From positions 7,807 to 71,806 of the forward strand of contig CADCUO010000076.1 in the NCBI GenBank assembly GCA_902805915.1: 64,000 nucleotides of DNA, read 5' to 3'. This DNA comes from an uncultured Propionibacteriaceae bacterium (GTDB taxonomy: Bacteria; Actinomycetota; Actinomycetes; Propionibacteriales; Propionibacteriaceae). Under the pieces are notes generated by a model. The model was not told the DNA's origin and did not search any database. It worked only from the letters and a program-made list of their open reading frames with translations. Below are positions 8,567 through 18,595 of this stretch, one piece after another. Every line of letters begins with the position of its first letter. Within the stretch, counting starts at the first letter, position 1. A program made the translations under genes and the position numbers.

Positions 8567-9935
8567 GGGGCAGCGCGAGCAGGGCGTTCTCGACCAGCTC
8601 GGCCATGGCGGGATGGATCCAATACTGACCTCGGGCCACCTCGTGGGCGGACTGCCCAAAGCTCATCGCCTGAATCAGGGGCTGAATCAGCGAGGACGCC
8701 TGCGGCCCGATCAGGTGCGCTCCGAGCAGCATCCCGGTGACCGGGTCGGCCAGCAGCTTGGCGAAGTGATCGGTGTCCTCCATGGCCCAGCCGTACGCCA
8801 CCGACCCGTAGTCCTGGATCGATGTGACGTAGCGGATGCCTGCCTCCTTCGCCTGCTGCTCGGTCAGCCCGACCGAGGCGACCTGTGGTTCAGAGAAAAC
8901 CGCGTGCGGAACGAACCGGTGGTCGCTCTCGATCATCTCCGTGGGGTGCAGCAGATTGTGCTGCACGACCCGCATCTCATGGTTGGCCACGTGCTTGAGC
9001 TGCAGGCGCGAGCTGACGTCACCAACGGCGAAGATGCCGTCCACCGACGTCCGCTGGTAGCAGTCGACGGCCACATAACCCTCGGCGTCGACGTCAACGC
9101 CGGTGGAGCCCAGGTTCAGGGTGTCGCTGTTCGGTGTACGACCGACCGCGGCCAGCAGCACGTCCGCCTCGAGAGTCTCGGTACCGCCGGCTGCGTCGGT
9201 GATGGTGACAGCAACCCGGTCGAACGGACGCCGCTCCATCCGGGCCACCACGGTGTTCAGCCGGACGTCGACCCGCTTGCTCATCAGCTCGGTGAATCGA
9301 GCCGATACGTCGCGGTCCTCCTGCCGGAGCAGCGCACCGGAGCGGTTGATGATGGACACCTGAACGCCGTACGCGGAGAAGATGTGGCCGAACTCGGCTG
9401 CGATGAAGCCGCCGCCCAAGATGATGACTGACTCGGGCAGCTGGTCCAGCCGCATGACGGTGTCTGAGGTGTGTACGGTCACCGAGTCGATGCCCTCGAT
9501 GTCGGGAATGATCGGGCGACTTCCGGCGGCGATTACGATCCGGTCGGCGGTGATCAGGCCAGCGGATCCGGTATCCAGGGTCTTCGGCCCGACGAAGTGG
9601 GCACTCTCGCGGTACAGGGTGATGTTTTGACTCTGTCGTCGCCAGGCCTCACCGGCGGCGGAGATGGGGTCGATCCGACCGAAGATACGGTCTCGGATCT
9701 CTGTCCACCGGACCTTGTTGAAGTTGAGCTCTACCCCCAGCCGGTCCGCTACATCAGGGCTGTGCGCGAGGTCGGCAGGATAGACGAACATCTTGGTGGG
9801 GATGCAGCCCACGTTGAGGCAGGTGCCGCCGTAGACGCCCTTATCCACGATGGCGATGTCGTGGTCGGCGAAGCGCTCGTCCGGGATGGAGTTTCCCGAA
9901 CCGCTGCCGATGATACAGAGATCGAAGTGCCGCAT
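8559..9935 (-). CDS. mtr: Mycothione reductase
   Basis: GSGSGNS, GGTCLNVGCIPTK, LKHVANHE, GQYWIHPA..ELVENALL. Confidence 0.95.
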   Translation of the reverse strand: MRHFDLCIIGSGSGNSIPDERFADHDIAIVDKGVYGGTCLNVGCIPTKMFVYPADLAHSPDVADRLGVELNFNKVRWTEIRDRIFGRIDPISAAGEAWRRQSQNITLYRESAHFVGPKTLDTGSAGLITADRIVIAAGSRPIIPDIEGIDSVTVHTSDTVMRLDQLPESVIILGGGFIAAEFGHIFSAYGVQVSIINRSGALLRQEDRDVSARFTELMSKRVDVRLNTVVARMERRPFDRVAVTITDAAGGTETLEADVLLAAVGRTPNSDTLNLGSTGVDVDAEGYVAVDCYQRTSVDGIFAVGDVSSRLQLKHVANHEMRVVQHNLLHPTEMIESDHRFVPHAVFSEPQVASVGLTEQQAKEAGIRYVTSIQDYGSVAYGWAMEDTDHFAKLLADPVTGMLLGAHLIGPQASSLIQPLIQAMSFGQSAHEVARGQYWIHPAMAELVENALLALPLD

Positions 9936-9972
9936 GGGCCAATCGTGCCAGGGACCGGCAAGCGGGCGCGCG

Positions 9973-10488
9973 TCAGCGGGTCACGCCGAGGGGCACGCTG
10001 ATCCCCAGGCCACTGCGGGTCTCGCGACCGTAACGCTCGATCTCCTTCTCCAGATCCAGTTGAGTGGTCCCCATCTGGATGTCTTCGGTCAGCAGGTGGG
10101 CGGGGATCAGCCAGACGATCTCGAACTCCAGCCCGTCGGGGTCATGGCCGTACAGCGACTTGGTGGTGCCGTGGTCGGAGGAGCCCACCAGCGCTCCCGC
10201 CTCAGCCAAGTCCCGGCGAATAGTCTCCAGATCACCGAGCGTGCTGACTTCCCAGGCCAGGTGGTAGAGCCCGACAGCTCCCCGGCCGGACTGGCTGTTG
10301 CTCGCACCAGCGCCGACACTGAACAGTCCGAGGTCGTGGTCGTTTGTCGAGTCAGGCGCCTGCAAGAAGGCGGCCTGGCCGGGGATCACGGTGGCTACCC
10401 GGAACTTGAGCACGTCGCAGTAGAAGCTGACCGACGTGGCGACGTCGCGGACGTACAGCACAGCGTGGTTGAGACGAAAAATCGGCAT
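9973..10488 (-). CDS. VOC / glyoxalase family protein
   Basis: RLNHAVLYVRD, NDHDLGLF, GLYHLAWEV, DPDGLEFE; start trimmed to MPIFRL. Confidence 0.88.
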   Translation of the reverse strand: MPIFRLNHAVLYVRDVATSVSFYCDVLKFRVATVIPGQAAFLQAPDSTNDHDLGLFSVGAGASNSQSGRGAVGLYHLAWEVSTLGDLETIRRDLAEAGALVGSSDHGTTKSLYGHDPDGLEFEIVWLIPAHLLTEDIQMGTTQLDLEKEIERYGRETRSGLGISVPLGVTR

Positions 10489-10502
10489 TCGACACCCCCA
10501 AA

Positions 10503-10516
10503 GTTGAAACGTCAAC
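10503..10516. promoter_or_regulatory. Palindromic operator candidate upstream of the VOC gene
   Basis: GTTGA-AACG-TCAAC, 14 nt upstream of the VOC start codon. Confidence 0.45.
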
Positions 10517-10665
10517 CAGGCTACGTCTCGTGAACTTCGTGCACAAGGGACGACACAGGGCACAATTCCTGGTATCCCTATGATGATACAAGGGATTGCA
10601 TCGACGCCGCGCGTGTGGCACGGTGAACCCTCTACCCGGGCGAGCGCCCCGACCAGGAAAGCGAC

Positions 10666-10734
10666 ATGACGACCACTCTGCACTCTCGGATTCACGTTGA
10701 TCTTCACCGGACCTCGAGCGGGAGCTGTCCACGA
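10666..10734 (+). promoter_or_regulatory. Putative Cys-containing leader peptide (MTTTLHSRIHVDLHRTSSGSCPR) with no stop of its own
   Basis: SD AGGAAAG before ATG 10666; RxHVDLxRxSxxxC resembles actinobacterial putative leader peptides upstream of sulfur genes (from memory). Confidence 0.65.
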
Positions 10735-10809
10735 ATGTCGAACGGCATCGCTGACCGCTCGCCCGCATGCGCCATGGGGCAACTGAGTTCACGAGTACGA
10801 GGAACCACC

Positions 10810-11292
10810 ATGTCAAGGAAACCCCGCACACCCGTCAACCTTCTCCAGATCGCGACCCGGCTTGCTGGAGTCCGGAGCCTGTGGGAGCCGCTGGTCGCCT
10901 ACGACCCCGTTTCCCGCTACTACGCACGACTGGCCGCCGAGCCTCACTTCGAAGCCTGGCTGCTCACCTGGGTGCCCGGCCAGGGCACCGACTGGCATGA
11001 CCACGGAGGAAGCGCCGGTGCTTTCGTCACCCTCCGCGGCACACTCACCGAGCAGCACGCTAGAGCCCACTCGGCGCCAACGGCGACGATTGAGCCGAAG
11101 GCCCGGGAGCTGGGCACCGGCGCTGTCCGCTCTTTCGGTACCAGGCATCTACACAAGGTGACCAACTATTCGTTGGAACCGGCGGTCAGCCTGCACGTCT
11201 ACTCACCTGCTCTGGTGGAGATGAACCGTTACCAGCCGCGCGGCGAGGAGCTCGATCTGGTCCAGACCCAGCTCGTCGGAGTGGACTGGTGA
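10810..11292 (+). CDS. Cysteine / thiol dioxygenase (cupin)
   Basis: WLLTWVPGQGTDWHDHGGS, HKV, SLHVYSP give the 3-His triad; own SD GAGGAA before ATG 10810. Confidence 0.9.
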   Translation: MSRKPRTPVNLLQIATRLAGVRSLWEPLVAYDPVSRYYARLAAEPHFEAWLLTWVPGQGTDWHDHGGSAGAFVTLRGTLTEQHARAHSAPTATIEPKARELGTGAVRSFGTRHLHKVTNYSLEPAVSLHVYSPALVEMNRYQPRGEELDLVQTQLVGVDW

Positions 11293-11705
11293 GCCAGACC
11301 ATCGACCAGATGCTGGCTCACGCCCGGTCACGCTTGTCCAGGCTTACCCCGGCCGAGGCGCGCGCCGCCTCGGCTGGGGGCGCCGTGGTGGTAGATATCC
11401 GACCTGCGGCGCAGCGGGATGCGGAGGGTGGACCGGCGGGTGCGGTCGTCGTCGAGCGCAACGTATTGGAGTGGCGGTTCGACCCTGCGAGCGACGCCCG
11501 GCTGCCGATCGCTGACTACGAGCTCCAGGTGATCGTGCTGTGCCAGGAGGGCTATACGTCCTCCCTGGCCGCCGCCTCCCTCCAGGACCTCGGCATCTCC
11601 CGTGCCACCGATGTCATCGGTGGCTGGGCCGCCTGGCGTCAGGCGGCTGATGGAGGCGACGCGAAGGCTGGTGAATCAAACCCCGGCGTAGGAGTGCAGC
11701 CCTGA
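11289..11705 (+). CDS. Rhodanese-like sulfurtransferase
   Basis: VDIRP, ERNVLEWRFDP, active loop CQEGYTS, DVIGGWAAW; GTGA overlap with the dioxygenase. Confidence 0.9.
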   Translation: MSQTIDQMLAHARSRLSRLTPAEARAASAGGAVVVDIRPAAQRDAEGGPAGAVVVERNVLEWRFDPASDARLPIADYELQVIVLCQEGYTSSLAAASLQDLGISRATDVIGGWAAWRQAADGGDAKAGESNPGVGVQP

Positions 11706-12638
11706 GACCAGCAGGTTGATGCCGACGAAGTTGAACCAGAACGACGCCAGCCCGAGAATTGCGATCGCTGCGGCTCTGCTTCCCTTCCACCCAGCCGTCG
11801 ACCGGGCGTGCAGGTAGCAGGCATAGATGACCCAGGTGACCAGCGCCCAGGTCTCCTTGGGGTCCCAGCCCCAGTAACGGCCCCACGCGTACTCCGCCCA
11901 GACAGCGCCTGCGGCCACGGTGAACGTCCAGAGCGGGAAGGCGAACGCGTGACATCGGTAGGCGATGAGATCGATCCGCTTCGAACTGGGCACCCGGGCC
12001 AGATAGCCGCGCACCGCGCCCCTGTCCTCAGCCCGCTTCTTCATCAAGTACAGGATGGAGGCGATGCCGCCGACGTTGAATGCGGCGCCGGCGATGGCTG
12101 CGGCGACGATGTGGATCACGAACCAGACGGAGTGCAGGGCAGGTACCAACGGCGCCACCGCCACGTAGAAGACGGTCACCGCCAGCCCGTTTCCGACCGC
12201 GGCCAGCAAGGTGATGGGAAGCCCCAGCCAGCGCATCCCACTCCGGATGGCCAGGACAAGGTACGTCGCGACGACGAACACCATGGCGCTGATGGTGAAC
12301 TCGAACATGTTTCCCCAGGGAGCGCGACCGGCTGCCACGCCCCGGGCCACCACCCCCACCACGCTCAGCCCGAACCCGATCACGGTCAACGCGACGCCGA
12401 TCCGGCCGAACATCTCCACCCGCTGACCCGCGGCCGGGTCGGGGGCGCTGGGCGGCGGGTCGGTGCCTGCTGCCCCGGCGTCGACGGATCGGACGCCGAC
12501 GAGCTCACGTCTCCGGGCGCTGTTCTCGACGGCGACGTCCCGCGCCGATGCCCACTCGGCCGCATGCGCGAACATGGCCAGCATGTACACCACTACCGAG
12601 GTGACCAGCGTCACGCTGGAGTAGTACTCGTAGTTCAT
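11676..12638 (-). CDS. ccsB: Cytochrome c biogenesis protein (ResC/CcsA family, WWD domain)
   Basis: PWGNMFEF, WAEYAWGRYWGWDPKETW, GLHSYAG; ATGA overlap with resB. Confidence 0.95.
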   Translation of the reverse strand: MNYEYYSSVTLVTSVVVYMLAMFAHAAEWASARDVAVENSARRRELVGVRSVDAGAAGTDPPPSAPDPAAGQRVEMFGRIGVALTVIGFGLSVVGVVARGVAAGRAPWGNMFEFTISAMVFVVATYLVLAIRSGMRWLGLPITLLAAVGNGLAVTVFYVAVAPLVPALHSVWFVIHIVAAAIAGAAFNVGGIASILYLMKKRAEDRGAVRGYLARVPSSKRIDLIAYRCHAFAFPLWTFTVAAGAVWAEYAWGRYWGWDPKETWALVTWVIYACYLHARSTAGWKGSRAAAIAILGLASFWFNFVGINLLVSGLHSYAGV

Positions 12639-14254
12639 CGGGTGCCCGTTCCCTTCCCTGAGGTGTCGCTCAACCAACCGGCGGCCAGGTCGGCCACGTC
12701 CTCGTCCAGACCGGCGCGGGCATCGGCCCGGTCCAAACCGGCGACTTCCACCAGCGTAGGTCCACCGTTCACCTGGCTGGCACGGACCCAGATCCGCCGG
12801 GGGCGGATGAAGAGCGACAGGCACAGTCCTCCGACCGCGAACCCGATCGCACCCAACGCAATGGCCACTCCTGGGGTCTCACCGATCTGCAGCTTCACCC
12901 AGCGCACCCATCCGTTCATCTCGATAGTGCCCTTCCCGTCGGGCAAGGTGTACGAGCTGCCCGGAGCCAGCGCCATCCGCAGCGTGTCCCCTCCCGCATC
13001 CTTGAGCTGGGACAGCCCGCGGGTGTCCAGGGAGTACACGTTCTCGGGCAGGCCGGTCTCCTTCTTCGGCGGACCGGACCAGGCGTTGAGGAACAGGGCA
13101 GGGTTCATCGCGTCCGGAAAGACCGACCGCGGGCCCTGCTGGTCAACCACCGCGGTGGGCAGGAAGAACCCTTCGAACGCCAACCGCTCAGGTCGCCCGT
13201 CGGGCACCTTGATCACGCCGGCCGAGGTGAAGTTGCCATCCTGTGGCAGGAAGACCACCGGTCCGGAGAAGGCGACATTGCCGGCGCCGTCCTTGACCGT
13301 CACCGTCGGGGCGTAGCCGTGGCCGATCAGGTGAACGGTGGTGCCGTTGATGTTCAGTGGCTTGTTGACCTCGAGCTTGTGCTTCACCGGAGTGCTTCCC
13401 GGTGACTCGGTGACGGCCACCACGGCCTCGAACAGTCGAGCGGCGCCCCGTTGCACCGTGCCGGTCTCGAACTTGGCCTCGAAGCTCTTCACCCCGACGG
13501 TGAACGGATGCAGGTCCGAGTCGGAGAACCAGGCTCCGGCGGAGAAGTCGTCGTACTGGGTCAGGTTGTTGGAGAAGCCCTTCCCGGTGATGACCACGCT
13601 GGTGCCGCGGAACCCGTACAGGCTGCCGATCGCCACTCCCAGCAGCAGAAACAGCAGGCTCACATGGAAGACCAGGTTGCCGGTCTCGCGCAGGTAGCCG
13701 CGTTCGGCCGACACCGAGTCGTCGTGCCGGGCAACCCGGTAGCGCTGCGCTGTCAACCGGGCCGACGCCTGGTCCAGGATGTCCGCGGGGGCCGCGTCGG
13801 CTACCTCGGTCCGCGTGTACGCCGGCAGCCGGGACAGGTTCCGCGGAGTACGCGGCGGTCGTCCGCGCAGCGCCTTCGCGTAGACGCCGACCCTGGGGAT
13901 GATGCAGCCCACCAGGGAGACGAAGAGCAGCAGGTAGATCGCGGAGAACCACGGCGAGGTGTAGACGTTGAAGAGTCCGACCTTGTCATAGATCGGACCG
14001 AGGGTCTGATGCTCCTCGATGAACTCCGAGACCCGGACCGGTGAGATGCTGTGCTGCGGTACCAGTGACCCCGGGATGGCGGCGAGGGCCAGGGCGAAGA
14101 GCAGTACCAGTGCAGTACGCATCGAGGTCAGCTGGGTCCACAGGAAGCGAAGGCCGCCCCCGAGGCCGAGCGACGGCGGCTGTGTGGGCCGCGCCGGGGG
14201 CCGGGCGTCTGCGCCGGGTGGGCTGAGTAAATCGGACAGCTGGGTGTCGGTCAT
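12635..14254 (-). CDS. resB: Cytochrome c biogenesis protein ResB
   Basis: LTSMRTALVLLF, GSLVPQ, WFSAIYLLL, ETGNLVFH; start trimmed to MTDTQL (TGATG overlap). Confidence 0.93.
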   Translation of the reverse strand: MTDTQLSDLLSPPGADARPPARPTQPPSLGLGGGLRFLWTQLTSMRTALVLLFALALAAIPGSLVPQHSISPVRVSEFIEEHQTLGPIYDKVGLFNVYTSPWFSAIYLLLFVSLVGCIIPRVGVYAKALRGRPPRTPRNLSRLPAYTRTEVADAAPADILDQASARLTAQRYRVARHDDSVSAERGYLRETGNLVFHVSLLFLLLGVAIGSLYGFRGTSVVITGKGFSNNLTQYDDFSAGAWFSDSDLHPFTVGVKSFEAKFETGTVQRGAARLFEAVVAVTESPGSTPVKHKLEVNKPLNINGTTVHLIGHGYAPTVTVKDGAGNVAFSGPVVFLPQDGNFTSAGVIKVPDGRPERLAFEGFFLPTAVVDQQGPRSVFPDAMNPALFLNAWSGPPKKETGLPENVYSLDTRGLSQLKDAGGDTLRMALAPGSSYTLPDGKGTIEMNGWVRWVKLQIGETPGVAIALGAIGFAVGGLCLSLFIRPRRIWVRASQVNGGPTLVEVAGLDRADARAGLDEDVADLAAGWLSDTSGKGTGTR

Positions 14255-15030
14255 CAGATCACCGTGGTGAACTGGGCCGCCCACTGCTGCAGCACCCCGA
14301 TCGAGCGGTCCCAGATACCGGTTACCAGCAACAGTCCGACCGCGACCATCAAGAACCCGCCCAGTCGCATGATCGCCTGCTGGCGGCGTCGCAGCAACGT
14401 GACTGCGGCGGCCATCTTGGTGAAGGCCACCCCGGCGATCACGAACGGCGTCCCGAGCCCGAGGGCGTAGACGAATCCAAGCAGCCCACCGCGCAGCGCG
14501 CTGCCCTCGTTGAAGCCGAGGTTGACCACCACCGCCAACGTCGGGGACACACACGGCACCCAGCCGATGGCGAACACCACACCGAGCAGCGGCGCTGCCG
14601 CGACGCCCACGGCCGGCACCCGGTGGATCCGCAGCTCACGCTGACCGATCCGCAGCACCCCGGCGAACATCAGCCCGAGCAGGACGATCACCACTCCGAG
14701 CACTCGGGAGATGATCACCCGGTACTCGAGCAGGAGCTGACCGAGAGTGCCGGCGACTACTCCGGTGGCAACGAAGATGACGGCGAACCCGAGCACGAAC
14801 AGGGAGGACCCAGCCAGCATCCGTGCCTTCCGGGTGCTGCCCTCAACCACCTCCGCCGCACCGAGGCCGGTGGCGTAGGACAGATAGCCCGGCAGCAGTG
14901 GGACGACGCAGGGTGAGAAGAAGGACACCAGGCCCGCCAGCAGGGCAACCGGGAGCGCCAGCGCCATCGACCCGCCGACAGCCCCCTGTGCCCAGCTGCC
15001 GAGGTCCAGCGGGAGAGCCGCGGTCAGCAT
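14254..15030 (-). CDS. ccdA: Cytochrome c biogenesis protein CcdA
   Basis: SFFSPCVVPLLPGY and GWVPCVSPTL Cys pair; start trimmed to MLTAAL. Confidence 0.93.
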   Translation of the reverse strand: MLTAALPLDLGSWAQGAVGGSMALALPVALLAGLVSFFSPCVVPLLPGYLSYATGLGAAEVVEGSTRKARMLAGSSLFVLGFAVIFVATGVVAGTLGQLLLEYRVIISRVLGVVIVLLGLMFAGVLRIGQRELRIHRVPAVGVAAAPLLGVVFAIGWVPCVSPTLAVVVNLGFNEGSALRGGLLGFVYALGLGTPFVIAGVAFTKMAAAVTLLRRRQQAIMRLGGFLMVAVGLLLVTGIWDRSIGVLQQWAAQFTTVI

Positions 15031-15644
15031 CACTTGCCCGCCGCGACGTCGTTGACCAGGTCGACCAAGGTGATCTTGCTTATGGTGCCGACGATCCGCA
15101 CCGCGATCCGACCCTGGCCGTCGATGATCAAGGTCGAGGGGATCAGCGTGGGCGGCAGGTCGCTGGCGAAGTTCAGCAGCACAGCGCCGGTGGGGTCGTA
15201 GATGCTGGGATAGGTGATATCGAAGGCCCGGACGAAGGCCTGCGCCGGCGCCTGGTCTGAGTCGCGGGTGTTCAACCCGACGAACTGAGCCACCTTCGCA
15301 GTCTCCACGCTGGCAGCCTGCAGGTCCGGCGCCTCGTAGCGGCAGGGGCTGCACCACGAGCCCCACACGTTCAGCACCACGACCTTGCCGGCGTACTGAC
15401 CGGTCGAGATTGTGGCTGAGCTCCCCAGCTCGGTGCCGGCAGCCTCTGGTGCGGTCTTGCGGTCCGCAGGCGCCACCCGGGTCAGGGAGTTGCTGCCACC
15501 GACGTAGCCGTTCTGGCCGGCCGAGCGCCGCTGCTCGTCGGCTCCGGTGGAGGAGCAGGCCGCCGTAAGCAGCAACAAAGACAGCCCGGCCGCCGCGAGA
15601 TGGGACCGGACTCCATGCCGTGCCCGCTCAGGCACCGGCGGCAC
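15030..15644 (-). CDS. TlpA/ResA thioredoxin-like lipoprotein
   Basis: Lipobox TAAC, NVWGSWCSPCR, IPSTLIID. Confidence 0.92.
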   Translation of the reverse strand: MPPVPERARHGVRSHLAAAGLSLLLLTAACSSTGADEQRRSAGQNGYVGGSNSLTRVAPADRKTAPEAAGTELGSSATISTGQYAGKVVVLNVWGSWCSPCRYEAPDLQAASVETAKVAQFVGLNTRDSDQAPAQAFVRAFDITYPSIYDPTGAVLLNFASDLPPTLIPSTLIIDGQGRIAVRIVGTISKITLVDLVNDVAAGK

Positions 15645-16281
15645 GCTTCTGGCGTACGGCGACGCGGAGCAGGTCGCGGGCAGGCTCGCTGTAGCTGACG
15701 GACGTGACGCGCCCGTCGATGAGCGTCAGCGAGGTGAGGCTGGCCAGGGTGCACTGCCGGCGCCGCGGGTCGTGGGCGAGGCGGCGGCCTTCCACGTCGG
15801 AGCGGGCCATCCAGATCGGCAGCTGGTGGGACACGATCAGCGCCTCATGGCCCTCCGCTGCGGCGGCGGCGTCCCTGATCGCGAGCCTCATCCGGGCTAC
15901 CACCTCGCGGTACGGCTCGCCCCAGGAAGGTCGGGCGGGGTTGGAGAAGTACTTCCAGTTGGCGGGGTTGCGGAATGCGGCGGTGCTCATCGACACGACC
16001 TGACCCTGGAGATAGTTGGCTGCCTCGATCACCCGCGGGTCCGTGGTCACCGGGAGCCCTTGTATCTCGGCGTGCGGGGCCATCGTCTCCTGAGCGCGCT
16101 CCAGCGGCGAGCACCGCAAGTGCACCAGGTCGGCGTCCTTGAGGTGGTCGGCTACCCGACGTGCCATCGCTTGGCCGACCTCAGACAGGTGGAAGTCCGG
16201 CAGCCGTCCGTACAGAACCCCGGTGGGGTTGTCGACCTCACCGTGGCGGAGCAGGTGGACGATGGTTCGGGTCTGGCTCAT
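15628..16281 (-). CDS. Histidine phosphatase family protein
   Basis: RHGEV, SPLERAQET, VSHQLPIW; conserved position after hemL. Confidence 0.9.
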   Translation of the reverse strand: MSQTRTIVHLLRHGEVDNPTGVLYGRLPDFHLSEVGQAMARRVADHLKDADLVHLRCSPLERAQETMAPHAEIQGLPVTTDPRVIEAANYLQGQVVSMSTAAFRNPANWKYFSNPARPSWGEPYREVVARMRLAIRDAAAAAEGHEALIVSHQLPIWMARSDVEGRRLAHDPRRRQCTLASLTSLTLIDGRVTSVSYSEPARDLLRVAVRQKRAAGA

Positions 16282-16283
16282 GC

Positions 16284-17624
16284 CTAGCTCCTTGTCTCCT
16301 GCCCGGCTGGAACCTCGACGGCTGCGGCGGCCTGAGCGGCGAGTGGCAGTGCCTCGACGATACGGGTCATCGCGGTGTCATCGTGGGCGGACGAGAGGAA
16401 CCAGCCCTCGAAAGCGCTCGACGGCAGGTATACGCCTTGGTCGAGCATGGCGTGGAAGAAGGCCGCGTATCGTGCCGTGGACTGGGTCGCCGCGGTGGCG
16501 TAGTCCGGTACGGCGGTCACACCATCGGGTACGAAGAAGACGCTGAACAAGTTCCCGGAGCGCTGCACGACATGCGGCACACCCTCAGCGCTGAGCGCCG
16601 CGGACGCAGCGGTACGCAGCTGGGCTGAGACTCGGTCGACGTGGGCGTAGACCTCGTCGTCGGCCAACCGCAGTGTGGTAAGGCCGGCCGTGGTGGCTAC
16701 CGGGTTGCCGCTCAGCGTGCCGGCCTGGTAGACACCCCCGACCGGCGCCAGGTGCTCCATCAACTCTGCCGGACCGCCGAAGGCTGCTGCCGGGAAGCCG
16801 CCACCCATCACCTTGCCGAAGGTCATCAGGTCGGGTTGGACGCCGTCCAGCCCGTACTGCCCGGACCTGCTGACCCGGAACCCGGTCATCACCTCATCGG
16901 AGATCAGCAGCGCACCGTGCTCGTGTGCGATAGCGGCCAAGAAGGCGTTGAAGTTCAGGCCGTCGGCCACCCCGGGCGGGATGACACCCATGTTGCCGGC
17001 GGCCGCCTCGGTGATCACCGCGGCTATCTGCGGCCCGAACGTGGCGAACGCCTTCCGCACCGCCTCCCGGTCGTTGTAGCCGAGCACGATCGTGTCCTCG
17101 GTGGTAGCTCGGGTGACCCCTGGAGTGCCCGGTATCGCCAACGTGGCCACGCCGGAACCGGCCGAGGCCAGCAGCGCGTCGACGTGGCCGTGGTAACAGC
17201 CGGCGAACTTGATGATCTTGTCCCGGCCGGTGATGCCGCGGGCTAGCCGGAGCACCGACATGGTTGCTTCGGTGCCGCTGTTGACAAGTCGTACCTGTTC
17301 CACCGGGGTACGGTCGATGATCGCCGACGCCAGCTCGACCTCGGCCAAGGTGGGGGCGCCGAAGGAAGTGCCCTGCTCGGCTGCCGTGGCGACTGCTGCC
17401 AGCACCTCGGGATGGGCGTGTCCGAGCAGCATCGGCCCCCAGGAGCAGACCAGGTCCACGAACTCGTTGCCGTCGATGTCGTACAGGTAGGGGCCCTTGG
17501 CTGCGGCGATGAAGCGGGGCGTGCCGCCCACGGCGGCGAAGGCCCGGACGGGTGAGTTCACCCCGCCGGGGGTCACCCTCTTGGCGCGAGCGAAGGCCTG
17601 GACCGAACGTGCGTCCGTGCTCAT
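16284..17624 (-). CDS. hemL: Glutamate-1-semialdehyde 2,1-aminomutase
   Basis: [45 protein letters not shown]. Confidence 0.97.
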   Translation of the reverse strand: MSTDARSVQAFARAKRVTPGGVNSPVRAFAAVGGTPRFIAAAKGPYLYDIDGNEFVDLVCSWGPMLLGHAHPEVLAAVATAAEQGTSFGAPTLAEVELASAIIDRTPVEQVRLVNSGTEATMSVLRLARGITGRDKIIKFAGCYHGHVDALLASAGSGVATLAIPGTPGVTRATTEDTIVLGYNDREAVRKAFATFGPQIAAVITEAAAGNMGVIPPGVADGLNFNAFLAAIAHEHGALLISDEVMTGFRVSRSGQYGLDGVQPDLMTFGKVMGGGFPAAAFGGPAELMEHLAPVGGVYQAGTLSGNPVATTAGLTTLRLADDEVYAHVDRVSAQLRTAASAALSAEGVPHVVQRSGNLFSVFFVPDGVTAVPDYATAATQSTARYAAFFHAMLDQGVYLPSSAFEGWFLSSAHDDTAMTRIVEALPLAAQAAAAVEVPAGQETRS

Positions 17625-18595
17625 GCGGTGGCGACCTCGAGGGCCCAGTAGGACAAGATCACGTCGGCGCCGGCTCGCCGGATCGAGGTGAGGGTCTCGG
17701 TGATGGCCGCTTCACGGTTGATCCAGCCGTTCGCCGCGGCCGCTTCGACCATCGCGTACTCACCGGAGACGTTGTAGGCCGCGACCGGGACGTCGACTGC
17801 GGCACGGACGGCGGCCAGCACGTCGAGGTAGCCCAGCGCCGGCTTCACCATGATCAGGTCGGCTCCCTCGACGACGTCGAGGGCCACCTCACGGAGCGCC
17901 TCGCGGACGTTGGCCGGGTCCTGCTGGTAGGTCATGCGGTTGCCCTGGAGTGAGGACGAGACCGCTTCGCGGAAGGGGCCGTAGAAGGCGGAGGCATATT
18001 TCGCGCCGTACGCCATGATGGCGACGTCGGTCCGGTGGGCTGAGTCCAGTGCCGCCCGGACCGCACCCACTTGACCGTCCATCATGCCGCTGGGTGCCAC
18101 CAGGTGGGCGCCCGCTTCGGCATGCAGCACAGCCATCTGGGCATAGATCTCAACTGTGGCGTCGTTGTCCACCACACCGCTCGCGGTCAGCACGCCGCAG
18201 TGGCCGTGGTCGGTGAACTCGTCCAGGCACACGTCAGACATCACCAACGTGGCGTCGCCGACCTCGGACCGGGCTGCGGCGATGGCTACGTTGAGGATCC
18301 CGTTCGGATCCAGCGCGCCAGAGCCGGTCGCGTCCTTGCGTTCAGGGATGCCGAACAGCATGATCCCGGCCAGGCCAGCCTCGGCTGCCTGTGCCGCGAC
18401 CTTCCGGAGGGAGTCCAGGGTGTGCTGGACCACACCGGGCATCGAGGTGATCGGACGCGGCTCGGTCAGTGCCTCACCGACGAACACGGGCAAGATCAGC
18501 TGCCGGGCCTCGAAGCTGGTCTCGGCGACCATCGCCCGGATGGCTGCGTTCACTCGCAGCCGCCGGGGCCTGACCTGCCCGATTGCGGGCGACAT
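17621..18595 (-). CDS. hemB: Porphobilinogen synthase
   Basis: [41 protein letters not shown]. Confidence 0.97.
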   Translation of the reverse strand: MSPAIGQVRPRRLRVNAAIRAMVAETSFEARQLILPVFVGEALTEPRPITSMPGVVQHTLDSLRKVAAQAAEAGLAGIMLFGIPERKDATGSGALDPNGILNVAIAAARSEVGDATLVMSDVCLDEFTDHGHCGVLTASGVVDNDATVEIYAQMAVLHAEAGAHLVAPSGMMDGQVGAVRAALDSAHRTDVAIMAYGAKYASAFYGPFREAVSSSLQGNRMTYQQDPANVREALREVALDVVEGADLIMVKPALGYLDVLAAVRAAVDVPVAAYNVSGEYAMVEAAAANGWINREAAITETLTSIRRAGADVILSYWALEVATA

